Part shown: positions 11,176-23,893 of the stretch, one piece after another
How positions within the stretch are numbered: the stretch's first letter is position 1
Layout of the letters: each line of letters begins with the position of its first letter
Assembly (NCBI GenBank): GCA_964016885.1
Contig: OZ024742.1
Span: 358,360,001-358,424,000 of the forward strand
Origin: Eledone cirrhosa
Lineage: Eukaryota
Direction of reading: 5' to 3'
DNA: 64,000 nt
Notes under the pieces: generated by a model
Databases searched by the model: none
Told to the model about the DNA's origin: nothing
Seen by the model: the letters and a program-made list of their open reading frames with translations, nothing else
Position numbers and translations under genes: made by a program

Positions 11176-12571
11176 CAGGGTGCGGACGATATTTGTTCTA
11201 AATTTTCAACTGCTAATTTTATGCAAATTTTTTTTACTTCTGTTGTCACTCTTGTCTTCATAAAAACAGTGACTATATTTCAATTATTTATTTTCAGATA
11301 ATTGATTATGAATAATTTTGAACATCCAAATTTGTGGAAGAGACACAAAGTTCTTCTGGGAATCCGTGCCGGGAGGACAAATAAGGAAATTTCAGACTTT
11401 CTCAGCGTCAGCAGGAGAATGGTGGAAAAGGTCAGAAAGGAATTAGAAGATTCAGGATTCAACTACAAAGCAACATCAGAGATGAAAACACATGATCTAC
11501 GATCTGACGCCTTCAGAACGCCCGAGTTCGTCGCTGAAGTTCAGGATATCATCAACAATGAACCTAGCAAGTCGATGTGTGCCATTGCAAGGGAGAAGGC
11601 ATGGATGAAAAGCTCATAAGGCTGGTGGTACATGAAGACATTTGCTACGTTTCATACAAGGTGATGCAAGAAAAGCGACTGAAGCACGCAAAGAAGTTGA
11701 TCAACAAGTTGAAACACCCACTGGAGCCAGACATGCTGTGGTTTTTCTCCGACGAGAAAAACTTCTGCCAAGACCAGAAGATCAACTCCCAGAATAACAG
11801 AATAATTGATTATGAATAATTTTGAACCTCCAGATTTGTGAAAGAGACACGGAGTTCTTCTTGGAATCCATGCCGGGAGGACAAATAAGGACTAGAATAT
11901 CAACTCCCAGAACAACAGGTGACTCACTGTCTCATCCAAAGACGTGCCCAGAGTCATGCAGACAAAGTTTCCAGCGACAACATTGGTCTTAGGTGTCATC
12001 GGCAATCAAGGTGACGTCATGCCACCTCACTTCTTCCCTGAGGGCCTCAAGCTGAACACCGATGGCTACATCCGCGTTCTGAGCAAGGTAATAAAGCCCT
12101 GGATCGACCAGGTAGCTGCAGGTAGGCCGTACGTGTGGTAGCAAGACTCAGCGCCCTGCCATACCAGTCGAAAGACCCAAGCCTGGCTGTCAGAGAACTT
12201 CGTCGACCACACTTCACCTGACATCCGACCTCCCAGCACGCCTGACTTCAACCCTCTTGACTTCTTTGTGTGGGGCGCAGTGGAACGAGACACCAACAGA
12301 TCTAGCTGCAATACGAAAGACGATCTGAAGGCCAAGATCACAAGTGCCTTTAGCGGCCTAAATCGGGGGACAGTGACGAAGGCCTGTAGCCGGTTCCGAG
12401 GCCAGCTTGAGGCCGTCATCAAAGCCAATGGCGGGTTTATCGAGTGAGATCGAAAGAAAAAGTCATGAAGACAAACTGACCCAAATTTGATAAATAAATA
12501 TTAAATAATAAAACTACTGTGTTATTTTTTCCTAGACAGTAATCGTGCGAACAAATATCGTTCGCACCCTG
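11176..12571 (+). mobile_element. Tc1/mariner DD37D (maT-type) DNA transposon, degenerate
   Basis: TIRs cagggtgcggacgatatttgttc / gaacaaatatcgttcgcaccctg, TA-flanked; FSDEKNF, then QDSAPCH...PDFNPLD with 37 residues between the last two Asp; stops and frameshifts. Confidence 0.9.
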
Positions 12572-12738
12572 TATATATATATCATCATTTCATTTCATTT
12601 CATTTTACGTCCACTTTTTTCTGCTTGCAAGGGTGGGACGGGAACTGATTCTGGCTTGATTTCTACAGCTGGATGCCCTTCTTAACACCAACCTCATTTA
12701 CAGTGAGTGCTGGGTACCTTTTTGCCATTTGTATGTGT

Positions 12739-15545
12739 ATCATCATCATCATCATCATCATCATTTTACGTCCGCTTTTCCCTGCTTGCAAGGGTGGGAC
12801 GGGTCTTATTCAGCACAGCATCTCTCCACTCGTCACGGTCCCTCGTCATCTCCTAGGAGCATGCTTGCCTCATTTCTCTCCAGCCGTCGCATATCCTCTG
12901 CAGTTGCTGCCCATGTCTCACTACCATGCAGCATCGCGCTCCTCACACAGGCATCATACAACCGGCCTTTCGTACGCAGGGAGAAACCCTTCTTCGTCAA
13001 CAGAGGAAGCAACTCCCTAAGCTTCTTCCAACCCGTCCTTATTCTAGATACTATGGCCTCGGAACACCCTCCTCCCATGCTAATCTGATCTCCTAGGTAC
13101 CGGAAGCTATCCACCACTTCTATAGCGCCCTCCTGCATTTGAAAAATGTGTCTATCAATGCGACTTCTACTGTTTAATTTCCATGTACATCTACTGCATA
13201 CATATTTCTCCCTACCTGTTAGTTTGCCTGCTATCCCGCTACATCTCTTGTGAACCAAGGATCTGCATTGTGTGCATTTTATAGAATTCATGCCAGTTTC
13301 TTTTCTGCATATCGAACATGGCCATTTCCCTGAGGGAATCAGGGTTTTGTCCTCTTTTCTACTCATCAACACTTTTGTCTTAGCTAGCTTCACGCTCAGT
13401 CCTCTTGCTTCCAACTGCTGTTTCCATAGCCAGAATTTATTCTCCAGCTCCTCTACTGATTCTGCTATAAGAACCAGATTGTCAGCATAGAGAAGTTCCC
13501 ATGGACAGCCAGTCTTAAACTCCTCTGTTATGGCTTGGAGGACTATAATGAACAAGACCAGGCTGAGGACCGAACCCTGATGTACTCCTACTTGTATCTG
13601 GAATTCCTCACTAAACTCCATTCCTACCCTGACTTTACTGAGAGTACCTCTGTACAAAGTTTGCACTGTCCTCACAAGCCATTCCTCAACACCTAGCTTC
13701 CTTAGGGACCACCAGATGACAGATCGGGGTACCCTATCAAAGGCCTTCTCTAGGTCAACAAAGGCTAAGTATAGTGGCTTATTCTTCTTTAAGAACCTCT
13801 CTTGCAATTGCCTCACCAAGAAGAGGGCATCTGTTGTACTCTTCCCAGGCACAAAACCAAACTGCATCTCATCTAGTTTGACCCTTTCTCTAATTAGTTG
13901 TGCTAAAATCCTTTCTGCCACTTTCATAACCTGATCTATCAGTTTTATACCCCTATAATTGCTCCTCTCCAAAGCATCCCCTTTACCTTTGTAGCAATTC
14001 ATGAGAATACTGCTGCACCAGTCTTTGGGTATGACTGATTGATGATGCGTGCAACCAGTTTAGTGCTTACGTCCCCTGATGCCTTCAGCATCTCAGCAAC
14101 TATTCCCGATGGTCCGGCAGCCTTACCATTTTTCATTTCCCTAATCGCCTCTTGGACCCTATATTCGTCAATCTCAATAGCTGGTCCCTCTGTCGGATCT
14201 ACTGAGGGTAATTTCTCTCTCTCCCATTTGTTCTCCACATTCATCAGTCTCTCATAATGACATTTCCAGGCCTCCTTTTTCTGATCATTCGTGACACTAA
14301 GTACACCGGCATCATCCCGGACACATTTATCTCCAACAACGTCCTGATTTGCATTGACACACTGCCTTGCAATGTGGAACACCGCACGCCTCTGATCTTC
14401 CCGTCGCAGAATATTGGCAAACCTCCTACTCTCTGCCTCCCTGCGTGCTATGTACACCTGACGTCTAGCTTCTCTATTAGTGGCTGTATATTCTTCCCTA
14501 CTCCCACCCTTTTTCCAAGCCTTCCGAGCGAGTCTTTTGTCTCTAATAGCCTTATCTACTTTGCTGTTCCACCACCAGGTCACTCTCTGTCTGGTTGGAG
14601 CTCTGCTCCAGCCACAAGTTTTATCAGTAGCCTGCAGCAAGTTGTCACGTAAGAAATTCCAGTTATTATCTATGTCATACGTCTCTAAATCGTCTTCTTT
14701 TTCGTCATATACATCTTGAAGGGCTTTCCTAAATTTGTATTTTAGTGAAAGGTCTTTTAGCTTCCAGACCTTTCTTCTCCACACCTTCCTATATGTCTCA
14801 TTCCATCTCTTGCTTACTGAGATATCACTAACAACTAACCTATGATGTGGGGTACATTCTTCCCCAGGGTATGCCTTGGTATTAGACACTATCTGCCTGT
14901 CCCGCTGCCTAACTATTAAGAAGTCAATCTGGCTTATGTGCTCACCAGATTTGTAGGTTATTAGGTGATTGGCAGGTTTCTGAAAGTTTGTGTTGCAAAT
15001 AGTCAATGTACCTGCATCACAAAATTCAAGAAGTCTCACTCCTTCTTCATTTCTTGAACCGTAACCGTGCCCACCATGTACCCCAGTGTAACCACCCTGG
15101 AGCTGTCCAACATGACCATTGAAGTCTCCTGCTAGCATAACGATGTCTCCGTCCTCTGTCATTGCAGTTGTTTGTAAAAGTTGCTCATAAAAGCAGTCTT
15201 TCGCATCTTTGCCTAGGCCTGCTTGGGGAGCATAGGCCGAGATGATTGTCAGTAGTTTCCTACCTACAACTAATCTAAGCTTAATTATTCGATTACTTAC
15301 TCGAACTACCTCTATTGTCTTATTGATCCATTTCTCAGCCAGGAAAATGCCTACTCCCCCTAACCCATCATCCTTACCTACCCAGAATAGCTTATAGCTA
15401 AGACGTTTGCCTACGACTAGTCTCGCAGAGGCACCTCTCCATCTCACCTCTTGCACGCAGCACACATCCACCTGCCTTCTCTCCAGCATCTCCGCTATTT
15501 CAGCAGATCTATCTCTGAGAGTGCCAACATTAAGTGTTGCAACGT
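12739..15545 (-). mobile_element. RTE/BovB-like LINE (APE endonuclease + RT), frameshifted and 3'-internally deleted
   Basis: ORF 13999-15600 has ATLNVGT, VQEVRW, SAYAPQ, GDFNGHVG, QIDF; ORF 12833-14002 is RT with YADN in place of YADD; deletion near 12855 relative to 37590-38138. Confidence 0.93.
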
Positions 15546-16235
15546 CTTCATATTTTGTTGTTGTTCCTATTTGTTGCTGTGCTGATAAGCGTTTTGGCAT
15601 TGATACACTGGTTGGATGCCCTTCCTAACACCAGCGCCAATTTACAGCATGGACTGGGGGCTTTTATTTGTGCCACCAGCACTAGAGAGGATGTCTTACT
15701 AGACTCAAGGGCCCTCTCTACCCCTCCATTTTACAGCATGGTCATTAAAAAAAATAAATTAAAAAAATAAAAAAACTTATTGACACGACGTACACACACA
15801 CACTCACACACCAACACTCATGCATACAAACCACAACCACACACACGCCACTCACATACCAACACTCATTCATGCATACAAACACACACACCACTCACAA
15901 ACACACATACATATATATATATTACCGACAGTACTGATACAAATACAAAATCAAAATCAAAATCAAAATCAAAATCAATATCATGTCAACTGTTGACCTT
16001 TCCCAGTCCAGTTCAGCTTGTATATAATAATAATAATAATTGTTTGCTTTACGCTGGTAATGGCGGTGGTGGTGGTGAATGGTGGTGGATGGTGTCAGTG
16101 TGGTGATGATGGATGGTGTCAGTGTGGTGGTGGTGGATGGTCAGTGATGGTGGTGGCAGTTGTTGGTGCTGTAGTTGTTATTGCAGTTGCTGCTGCTGTC
16201 CCTGTCGCTGTTGTTGTTGTTGTTGTTGTTGTTGT

Positions 16236-16288
<53 letters not shown>

Positions 16289-16502
16289 CGGAGGAAATGA
16301 GGTAAGGAACAAGGTGGACCATAACGCACCAAAGTACTCAATACTTAGGGTAGTAGAGTGGGTAATAGGAACGAGTAGGACCCCGACGGCTGAGGTCAAG
16401 CCGTTTCGACGGCTAATTCTGTCCAGAATATAAAAGACGTAAAATAAGAAAATTTTTTAAAAAATATTTTTTAAAAAATTAACTTACTTACTTAAATTTT
16501 CA

Positions 16503-16582
16503 CTCCAACTAATTAGTTTCTGCAATGGGATAAAGACAGTTACGTAATGAACTGTTGAGAATTTCATTGCGTCATCAGGGAG
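16503..16582 (-). ncRNA. Type-I hammerhead ribozyme motif (family C, inverted copy)
   Basis: Reverse complement of 17063-17142. Confidence 0.85.
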
Positions 16583-17062
16583 GTCATTCTCAGCCAAGTC
16601 TCCATTATTTTACGTCTTTTATATTATCAGCCAAGTCTCCACTTATTTTACGTCTTTTATATTATTGTTCTGCATCCTCCTGCATTAAACCACCTAGGTA
16701 CTATGACATAACCTGTGTATTTGCTGGCATTAGCGTACATCCGTGCGCTTATGTTAGTAGATATATTAAATTATCTATATTTATCTCCAAATCACTGATT
16801 TGTCGAGCAAACCTGCCAAAACCACTTCTAAATTTTTTTGGGGGGTGTTAGTAGGCGTCTGTCATCTCACCATCCCATTCCTACTGACTAGCCTCTGTGT
16901 CACGTGATTGATTCTTTAGAATCGGCCATATGATCAGTGGCAGTGAGAATTTTCAGTACCTGGAATCCAGTCCTCGATAGCTGTTCCATTTACCGAATTA
17001 TTATTATTTTTATATGAGTCCCCAGTGTCCGCGCATTGCCTGGAGACTTGGCTGAGAATGAC

Positions 17063-17142
17063 CTCCCTGATGACGCAATGAAATTCTCAACAGTTCATTA
17101 CGTAACTGTCTTTATCCCATTGCAGAAACTAATTAGTTGGAG
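17063..17142 (+). ncRNA. Type-I hammerhead ribozyme motif (family C)
   Basis: ctcc-CTGATGA-c-gcaatg(37 nt with acagtt/aactgt hairpin)cattgc-a-GAAA-ctaattag-TT-ggag; palindromic stem III ACTAATTAGT; GTT triplet. Confidence 0.85.
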
Positions 17143-17617
17143 TGAAAATTTAAGTAAGTAAGTTAATTTTTTTTTTTTATTTTTTTTTTAAATTTTCTTA
17201 TTTTACGTCTTTTATATTATTGTTCTGCATCCTCCTGCATTGAACCACCTAGGTACTATGACATAACCTGCGTATTTGCTGGCATTAGCGTACATCCGTG
17301 CGCTTATGTTAGTAGATATATTAAATTATCTATATTTATCTCCAAATCACTGATTTGTCGAGCAAACCTGCCAAAACCACTTCTAAAATTTGTTTGGGGG
17401 TGTTAGTAGGCGTCTGTCATCTCACCATCCCATTCCTACTGACTAGCCTCTGTGTCACGTGATTGATTCTTTAGAATCGGCCATATGATCAGTGGCAGTG
17501 AGAATTTTCAGTACCTGGAATCGAGTCCTCGATAGCTGTTCCATTTACCGAATTATTATTATTTTTATATGAGTCCCCAGTGTCCGCGCATTGCCTGGAG
17601 ACTTGGCTGAGAATGAC

Positions 17618-17697
17618 CTCCCTGATGACGCAATGAAATTCTCAACAGTTCATTACGTAACTGTCTTTATCCCATTGCAGAAACTAATTAGTTGGAG
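17618..17697 (+). ncRNA. Type-I hammerhead ribozyme motif (family C, second tandem copy)
   Basis: Same sequence as 17063-17142, 555 bp downstream. Confidence 0.85.
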
Positions 17698-18034
17698 TGA
17701 AAATTTAAGTAAGTTAATTTTTTTTTTTTAATTTTTTAAAAAATGTTCTTATTTTACGTCTTTTATATTATTGTTCTAATCCTCCTGCATTGAACCACCT
17801 AGGTACTATGACATAACCTGTGTATTTGCTGGCATTAGCGTACATCCGTGCGCTTATGTTAGTAGATATATTAAATTATCTATCTATATATATATATATC
17901 CTCATCATCATCACCGTTTTACGTCCGTTCTTCCATGCTAGCGTGGGTTAGGCGGGTTGTCCTGTTGTGGGCAGTGTCCAGTCAGCTGACCTTGTCTTGC
18001 TCATACAGGAAATGATTATGTATATATATTTATG

Positions 18035-18093
<59 letters not shown>

Positions 18094-18125
18094 AGATCAA
18101 AAGATGGTTAAAGGAGTTCCATGTA

Positions 18126-18192
18126 TTTTATTATGCGCATTTCAAAAACAAACATCATCATGCAATAATATTCGTGTTTTCATCAGATAAAA
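18126..18192 (-). ncRNA. Type-I hammerhead ribozyme motif (family D, left arm)
   Basis: Reverse complement: ttttat-CTGATGA-long stem II hairpin-GAAA-tgcgca-TA-ataaaa; palindromic stem III ATGCGCAT. Confidence 0.8.
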
Positions 18193-18332
18193 CAGGAGGA
18201 CATGATATGAAGGCTACAAAATACTTGTGGATAGTGCAGTTTTAAATCAACATATGTTGACATATCAAGATATGTTGATTTAAAACTGCACTATCCACAA
18301 GTGTTTTTTAGCCTTCATATCATGTCCTCCTG

Positions 18333-18399
18333 TTTTATCTGATGAAAACACAAATATTATTGCATGATGATGTTTGTTTTTGAAATGCACATAATAAAA
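18333..18399 (+). ncRNA. Type-I hammerhead ribozyme motif (family D, right arm)
   Basis: ttttat-CTGATGA-aaacacaaatattattgcatgatgatgtttgttttt-GAAA-tgcaca-TA-ataaaa; stem III palindrome broken by one transition. Confidence 0.75.
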
Positions 18400-18557
18400 T
18401 ACATGGAACTCCTTTAAACATCTTTTGATCTTATATATTATGTATACTCCAGTCCTACAAATTGTAGAGTGTTTCTTATCCGATATCTGCATTGCTTTAT
18501 TGTTTATTGTACTACAATAAAACTCACCCCCTATATATATAAATATATATATGTATA

Positions 18558-19530
18558 GGTGTCCACTATTTCTATAGAACCATCTGTGCAATGGAATGAG
18601 TTAGTATTCTGTGGGCACTTGCTGCTACTTATTGCAACTGAGCACCGGCCACATATAAAATCTATATTCTTAGTTAGCTTACCGGTGTTCCCACTACATC
18701 TTTTATGCACCAATACTTTGCATTTGGGACACAAAATGGAGTTTCTGCCTACTCCTTCCCTACACACTGAGAATGGCCATTTCCCAGATGGGACCAGTGC
18801 CCTATTTTCTTTCCTACAAACTAGAACTTTAGTCTTAGACAGGTTAATTTTAAGGCCTTTTGATTCTAGGCCATGCTTCAATGTTTGGAATTTCTTCTCT
18901 AGTTCAGCCATTGATTCAGCCATGAGCATTAGATCATCTGCGTATAGAAGTTCCCATGAGCAGCCTGTCTTGAACTCCTCTGTTATAGCCTGAAGGGCAA
19001 TAATAAATAGTAGGGGGCTAAGGACGGAGCCCTGATGAACACCAACTTTATGCTAACCTCTTTACTATATTCATTGTTAATTCTAACCTTGCTGACTGTT
19101 TCCTTATACATAGCTTGTATAGCTCTCACAAGCCATTCATTAACACCTAGATTTCTAAGGGCCCATCAGATAATCGAGCGGGGTACTCTGTCAAAGGCTT
19201 TCTCCAAGTCAACAAAAGCTAAGTATAGGGGTTTACTTTTAGCTAGGTACTTCTCCTGTAGTTGTCGTACGATGAAAAGTGCGTCCGTTGTACTTTTACC
19301 TGACACAAATCCGAACTGCATTTCGTCTAGATCAATTCGCTCTCTGATTAGTGGCGCTATTACTTTTTCTGTGACCTTCATGACCTGATCAATTAATTTA
19401 ATGCCTCTATAGTTTCCCCTATCTAGGGCATCTCCTTTACTCTTGTAGCAGTTAATGATGATGCTGCTGCGCCAGTATTTCGGAACGACCCCGTTCTGTA
19501 TGACTTGGTTTACTATCCGGACTCTCCGGG
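18558..19530 (-). mobile_element. Internal RT fragment of an RTE/BovB-like LINE, degenerate
   Basis: QFGF, FVDLEKAFDRV, SGKWP...C motifs across ORFs 19166-19381 and 18531-18929. Confidence 0.9.
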
Positions 19531-19594
19531 TGATATATATATAGAGAAAGAGAGAGAGATTACATGAAACAAAGTTCTGTTTAAATCATTTATC

Positions 19595-19641
19595 TGCTTA
19601 CAATTGTTTCTTCCAAACCGAGGTTTGGAGTCTTCGGAGCA
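19595..19641 (-). ncRNA. Minimal type-I hammerhead ribozyme motif, U4C variant (family E, left arm)
   Basis: Reverse complement: tgct-CCGAAGA-c-tccaaac(ctcg)gtttgga-a-GAAA-caattg-TA-agca; palindromic stem III ACAATTGT. Confidence 0.72.
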
Positions 19642-20970
19642 ATTATTCAGTGATTTTTAACATACTTGACCTCCTTTTCAACACAAGAGACATATAGAAA
19701 CATATGTATATATTGACCCACAGTGGGTTGACATCCATTACAATAATATAGCATGGTAATTTACATACAAAGATTACAGTCATATTAAAGGACAAAATTA
19801 AAATTAAAATAAAACATTGGCAGTCTACTAAGATAAAGCAAAAGGAAAGTTTGGAGTAGCCAGTGTATGCAACAGTCACACGTGTGGCATGCACGTGTGT
19901 CCTATTTATACAAGATTATAGTGCGGCAGATTGTTACAAGTAAAACAAGCAGTCAAAGCAGGCAATCAAGAGCATCATGGGGGTGAACTGGTTAAGCATT
20001 ATTTACACACACCTGTACGATATAGAAGCCCGTGTGTGGAGAAACACCAAAAATATCAAAAATATTACAAATGAGAAGCAAAACAGCACCACTGTCCTCG
20101 TACACACCACCACTCTCACAATCCAGGAAACGCAATTTATAGACTACATGCCCATCTCAATCCACGATGATTCAACCACTGGATGCCTGGTGAACCATGC
20201 TAGAACATCACAGCTTGTCGTTCTTTAATTCGATTCATAGATCAGGTTGTTTTTGTTGTGAGAGATGATATCGTATTATATTCCGGAAGTGTGTGTGTGT
20301 GATTAAGGGGAGTTAATGCGTAAGGGGAGGTAACTAGCTGATTTCTATAGTTAAATTTATTATCCTAAAGTACATTAATGGTGTCTCAAATGAGTTCTCA
20401 TCATATAAGTTTATAAACAATTTCTAAATTTAAGTATCTTATCTATAAATTACAGTGTAGTCTATCGAGAAGTACTAAAGGTGTTCATATTAGGATGAAT
20501 ACCTTTTATCATAGAGTGCCCCCACCGAACATTCCACATGAAGAGTCAGATCTCCAAATCAATGATCTTTGTAAGTGTAGTCCACCCGCAGGACCTGGCA
20601 GGGTCTTATTAGAATCACTTCTATATATGACTCCTGGTAAGTTCTGGGTCATTGCATGACTGATTGCATGGCAAAGTTAAATATCACTAGGGTAGTCCAG
20701 AGATCAATTCTCACTTACAAAGACACTGATCTGACCATCAAGTCATACATGTATTTATAACTCATACATCACCTGTACATAATTCATTGCACTCAGCATA
20801 TAGATTATATAGCTCTTTTATGTTAATAAATTAATTACTTAATCTTCCATTTATCCAATGATGGCACTACATACACAGAACAATGTTAGCACAACCAATT
20901 CCGTGCTTAAAGTTTACATTGGTGTAATGTAGTCTAAGCAATTGAAGGCCCATATACCAAAAGTAGAATA

Positions 20971-22375
20971 CACCGCGATGATGCACTTCTACTTATAGAT
21001 TATAAAAAATTCAATATAGAAAGAACTAGAAAACTATTGCACAAGACATTCAAAATCTATAACCTTAGTATTACCATGGACAAAAACACTAAAAACGTTA
21101 ACTTCCTGGACGCCACCCTCTACCTAGACTCAAAGATATATGCACCTTTCCACAAACCTAATGAAAAACTCATTTACGTAGATACCAAGTCTAACCACCC
21201 TAGATCTATATTAAACTCTATCTCTAAGGGAGTATCTAATAGAATCTCTAATCTATCCTATCACGTAAACATATTTAGCAAAAACTCGCAATATTATAAC
21301 CAGGCATTAGCTAGATCAGGCCATAATATAGAGATCGAGTTCCTACCTACAAAAGCACATAGCTACAACATTATTTCGCACAACATGTCCATGAGGAAAT
21401 TTAGTAATGGGAATAGCAACCACACACACACTAATACGGAAGATGCAAACAAAAATAAACCACACCACAGAAATTACCATAGTACCATAAAAGGAAACAA
21501 CTCACCAGACATAAAAAACAAAAATAGAAGAAGAAATAATACATTTTTAAACCCTCCTTTCAATCTAAACGTCTCTACCAACCTACCTAGGGCTTTCTTC
21601 ACACTACTAGATAAAAACTTCCCATCCGGCCATAAGTACCATAGCCTTTTAAACAAAAAACACTATTAAAATCTCCTACTCTACTACGCCTAACATAGCA
21701 TACCACATAGTTAGTAGCAATAAAAGAAAAATTAATTCTTACTTCCAGCAAACTAAATCACAACAGACGATAAACCTTCAAAATAACATTATAGCAACTA
21801 ACCCTAATATCAATAGAAATAATAGTAATAAGACTAGTGTAAACAATAACACTGGGAATGTCAACCCACATAACCATAACCCTATAGCTACCATCCAGAC
21901 TTCTACACAACATATTAACCTGCAGACTAACACCCAGAATAATTGTAACTGTAGATCAAATAGAACCTGCCCTTTAGATAAAAAATGCTTAACCAAGATA
22001 TCATATACTCATGCACAGTCACAACTAGCAACTCTTCTGAAACCTATATAGGCTCTACTTCAAACTGCTTCCAAACCAGATACAATTCGCACCACCACTC
22101 TTTCAAAAAACACAGTCTAGCCAACTCCACTTCTCTATCTAGCTACATACACTATCTAAAAACTAAAAATAAACCATATACACTTAAATGGTAAGTGATA
22201 GGTAACGCGTCATCGTACAAACTACCTAATACATTTTGTAACCTCTGTCTACTAGAGACCCATACTATCATCTTCTCAAACCATAACCTCCTTAATAAAA
22301 AATCAGAAGTGTTCGCGTCTTGCCAACACCGCTTGCGACACTCCTTCCAAAACTTTAAACCCAATATATAACAGT
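20971..22375 (+). pseudogene. PLE RT C-terminus/thumb, Asn-rich linker and GIY-YIG endonuclease
   Basis: HRDDAL at 20971, VNFLDATL, KPNEKLIYV...SNHP, NPPFN, CNCRSNRTCPLDKKC, IIY...YIG...RY.SH, CNLCLLE, SE..ASCQH; frameshifts and stops. Confidence 0.9.
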
Positions 22376-23846
22376 GTCAGACTTGAACCCGTCACCACCT
22401 CTAGCAGCAATCATCAGGGGCACACCTTACACCTTATCTCCACACCCATTAATCCTATTTAACGCAAATAGTGACATCCTCCTAGTACCTTTTTCCTTGG
22501 AGATATCCCCATGTACTTCTACTTTTGGTATATGGGCCTTCAATTGCTTAGACTACATTACACCAATGTAAACTTTAAGCACGGAATTGGTTGTGCTAAC
22601 ATTGTCCTGTGTATGTATGTAGTGCCATCATTGGATAAATGGAAGATTAAGTAATTAATTTATTAACATAAAAGAGCTATATAATCTATATGCTGAGTGC
22701 AATGAATTATGTACAGATGATGTATGAGTTATAAATACATGTATGACTTGATGGTCAGATCAGTGTCTTTGTAAGTGAGAATTGATCTCTGGACTACCCT
22801 AGTGATATTTAACTTTGCCATGCAATCAGTCATGCAATGACCCAGAACTTACCAGGAGTCATATATAGAAGTGATTCTAATAAGACCCTGCCAGGTCCTG
22901 CGGGTGGACTACACTTACAAAGATCATTGATTTGGAGATCTGACTCTTCATGTGGAATGTTCGGTGGGGGCACTCTATGATAAAAGGTATTCATCCTAAT
23001 ATGAACACCTTTAGTACTTCTCGATAGACTACACTGTAATTTATAGATAAGATACTTAAATTTAGAAATTGTTTATAACCTTATATGATGGGAACTCATT
23101 TGAGACACCATTAATGTACTTTAGGATAATAAATTTAACTATAGAAATCAGCTAGTTACCTCCCCTTACGCATTAACACCCCTTAATCACACACACACTT
23201 CCGGAATATAATACGATGTCATCTCTCACAACAAAAACAACCTGATCTATGAATCGAATTAAAGAACGACAAGCTGTGATGTTCTAGCATGGTTCACCAG
23301 GCACCCAATGTTGAATCATCGTGGATTGTGAGATGGGCATGTAGTCTATAAATTGCGTTTCCTGGATTGTGAGAGTGGTGGTGTGTACGAGGACAGTGGT
23401 GCTGTTTTGCTTCTCATTTGTAATATTTTTGATATTTTTGGTGTTTCTCCACACACGGGCTTCTATATCGTACAGGTGTGTGTAAATAATGCTTAACCAG
23501 TTCACCCCCATGCTGCTCTTAATTGCCTGCTTTGACTGCTTGTTTTAATTGTAACAATCTGCCGCACTATAATCTTGTATAAATAGGACACACGTGCATG
23601 CCACACGTGTGACTGTTGCATACACTGGCTACTCCAAACTTTCCTTTTGCTTTATCTTAGTAGACTGCCAATGTTTTATTTTAATTTTAATTTTGTCCTT
23701 TAATATGACTGTAATCTTTGTATGTAAATTACCATGCTATATTATTATAATGGATGTCAACCCACTGTGGGTCAATATATACATATGTTTCTATATGTCT
23801 CTTGTGTTGAAAAGGAGGTCAAGTATGTTAAAAATCACTGAATAAT

Positions 23847-23893
23847 TGCTCCGAAGACTCCAAACCTCGGTTTGGAAGAAACAATTGTAAACA
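23847..23893 (+). ncRNA. Minimal type-I hammerhead ribozyme motif (family E, right arm; stem I mutated)
   Basis: Same as the left arm but the 3' stem I strand reads aaca instead of agca. Confidence 0.62.

Larger units (their letters stand above)
16428..17883 (+). repeat. Non-coding ~555-bp tandem repeat (2.2 units) preceded by an inverted partial unit; retrozyme/pLTR-like
   Basis: Unit start cttattttacgtcttttatattattg at 16642, 17197 and 17748; 16428-16604 is the reverse complement of the unit's 3' part. Confidence 0.9.
18084..18441. repeat. Near-perfect ~360-bp palindrome, probable pLTR fold-back
   Basis: Arms 18084-~18253 and ~18270-18441; mirror ORFs in the ORF track; hammerhead motif in both arms. 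Confidence 0.9.

Noticed and set aside
19643-20228. Two 83-aa ORFs mirrored at 23284-23845
   Set aside because: The duplication is a consequence of the inverted repeat; no recognisable domain, and one mirror copy is frameshifted.
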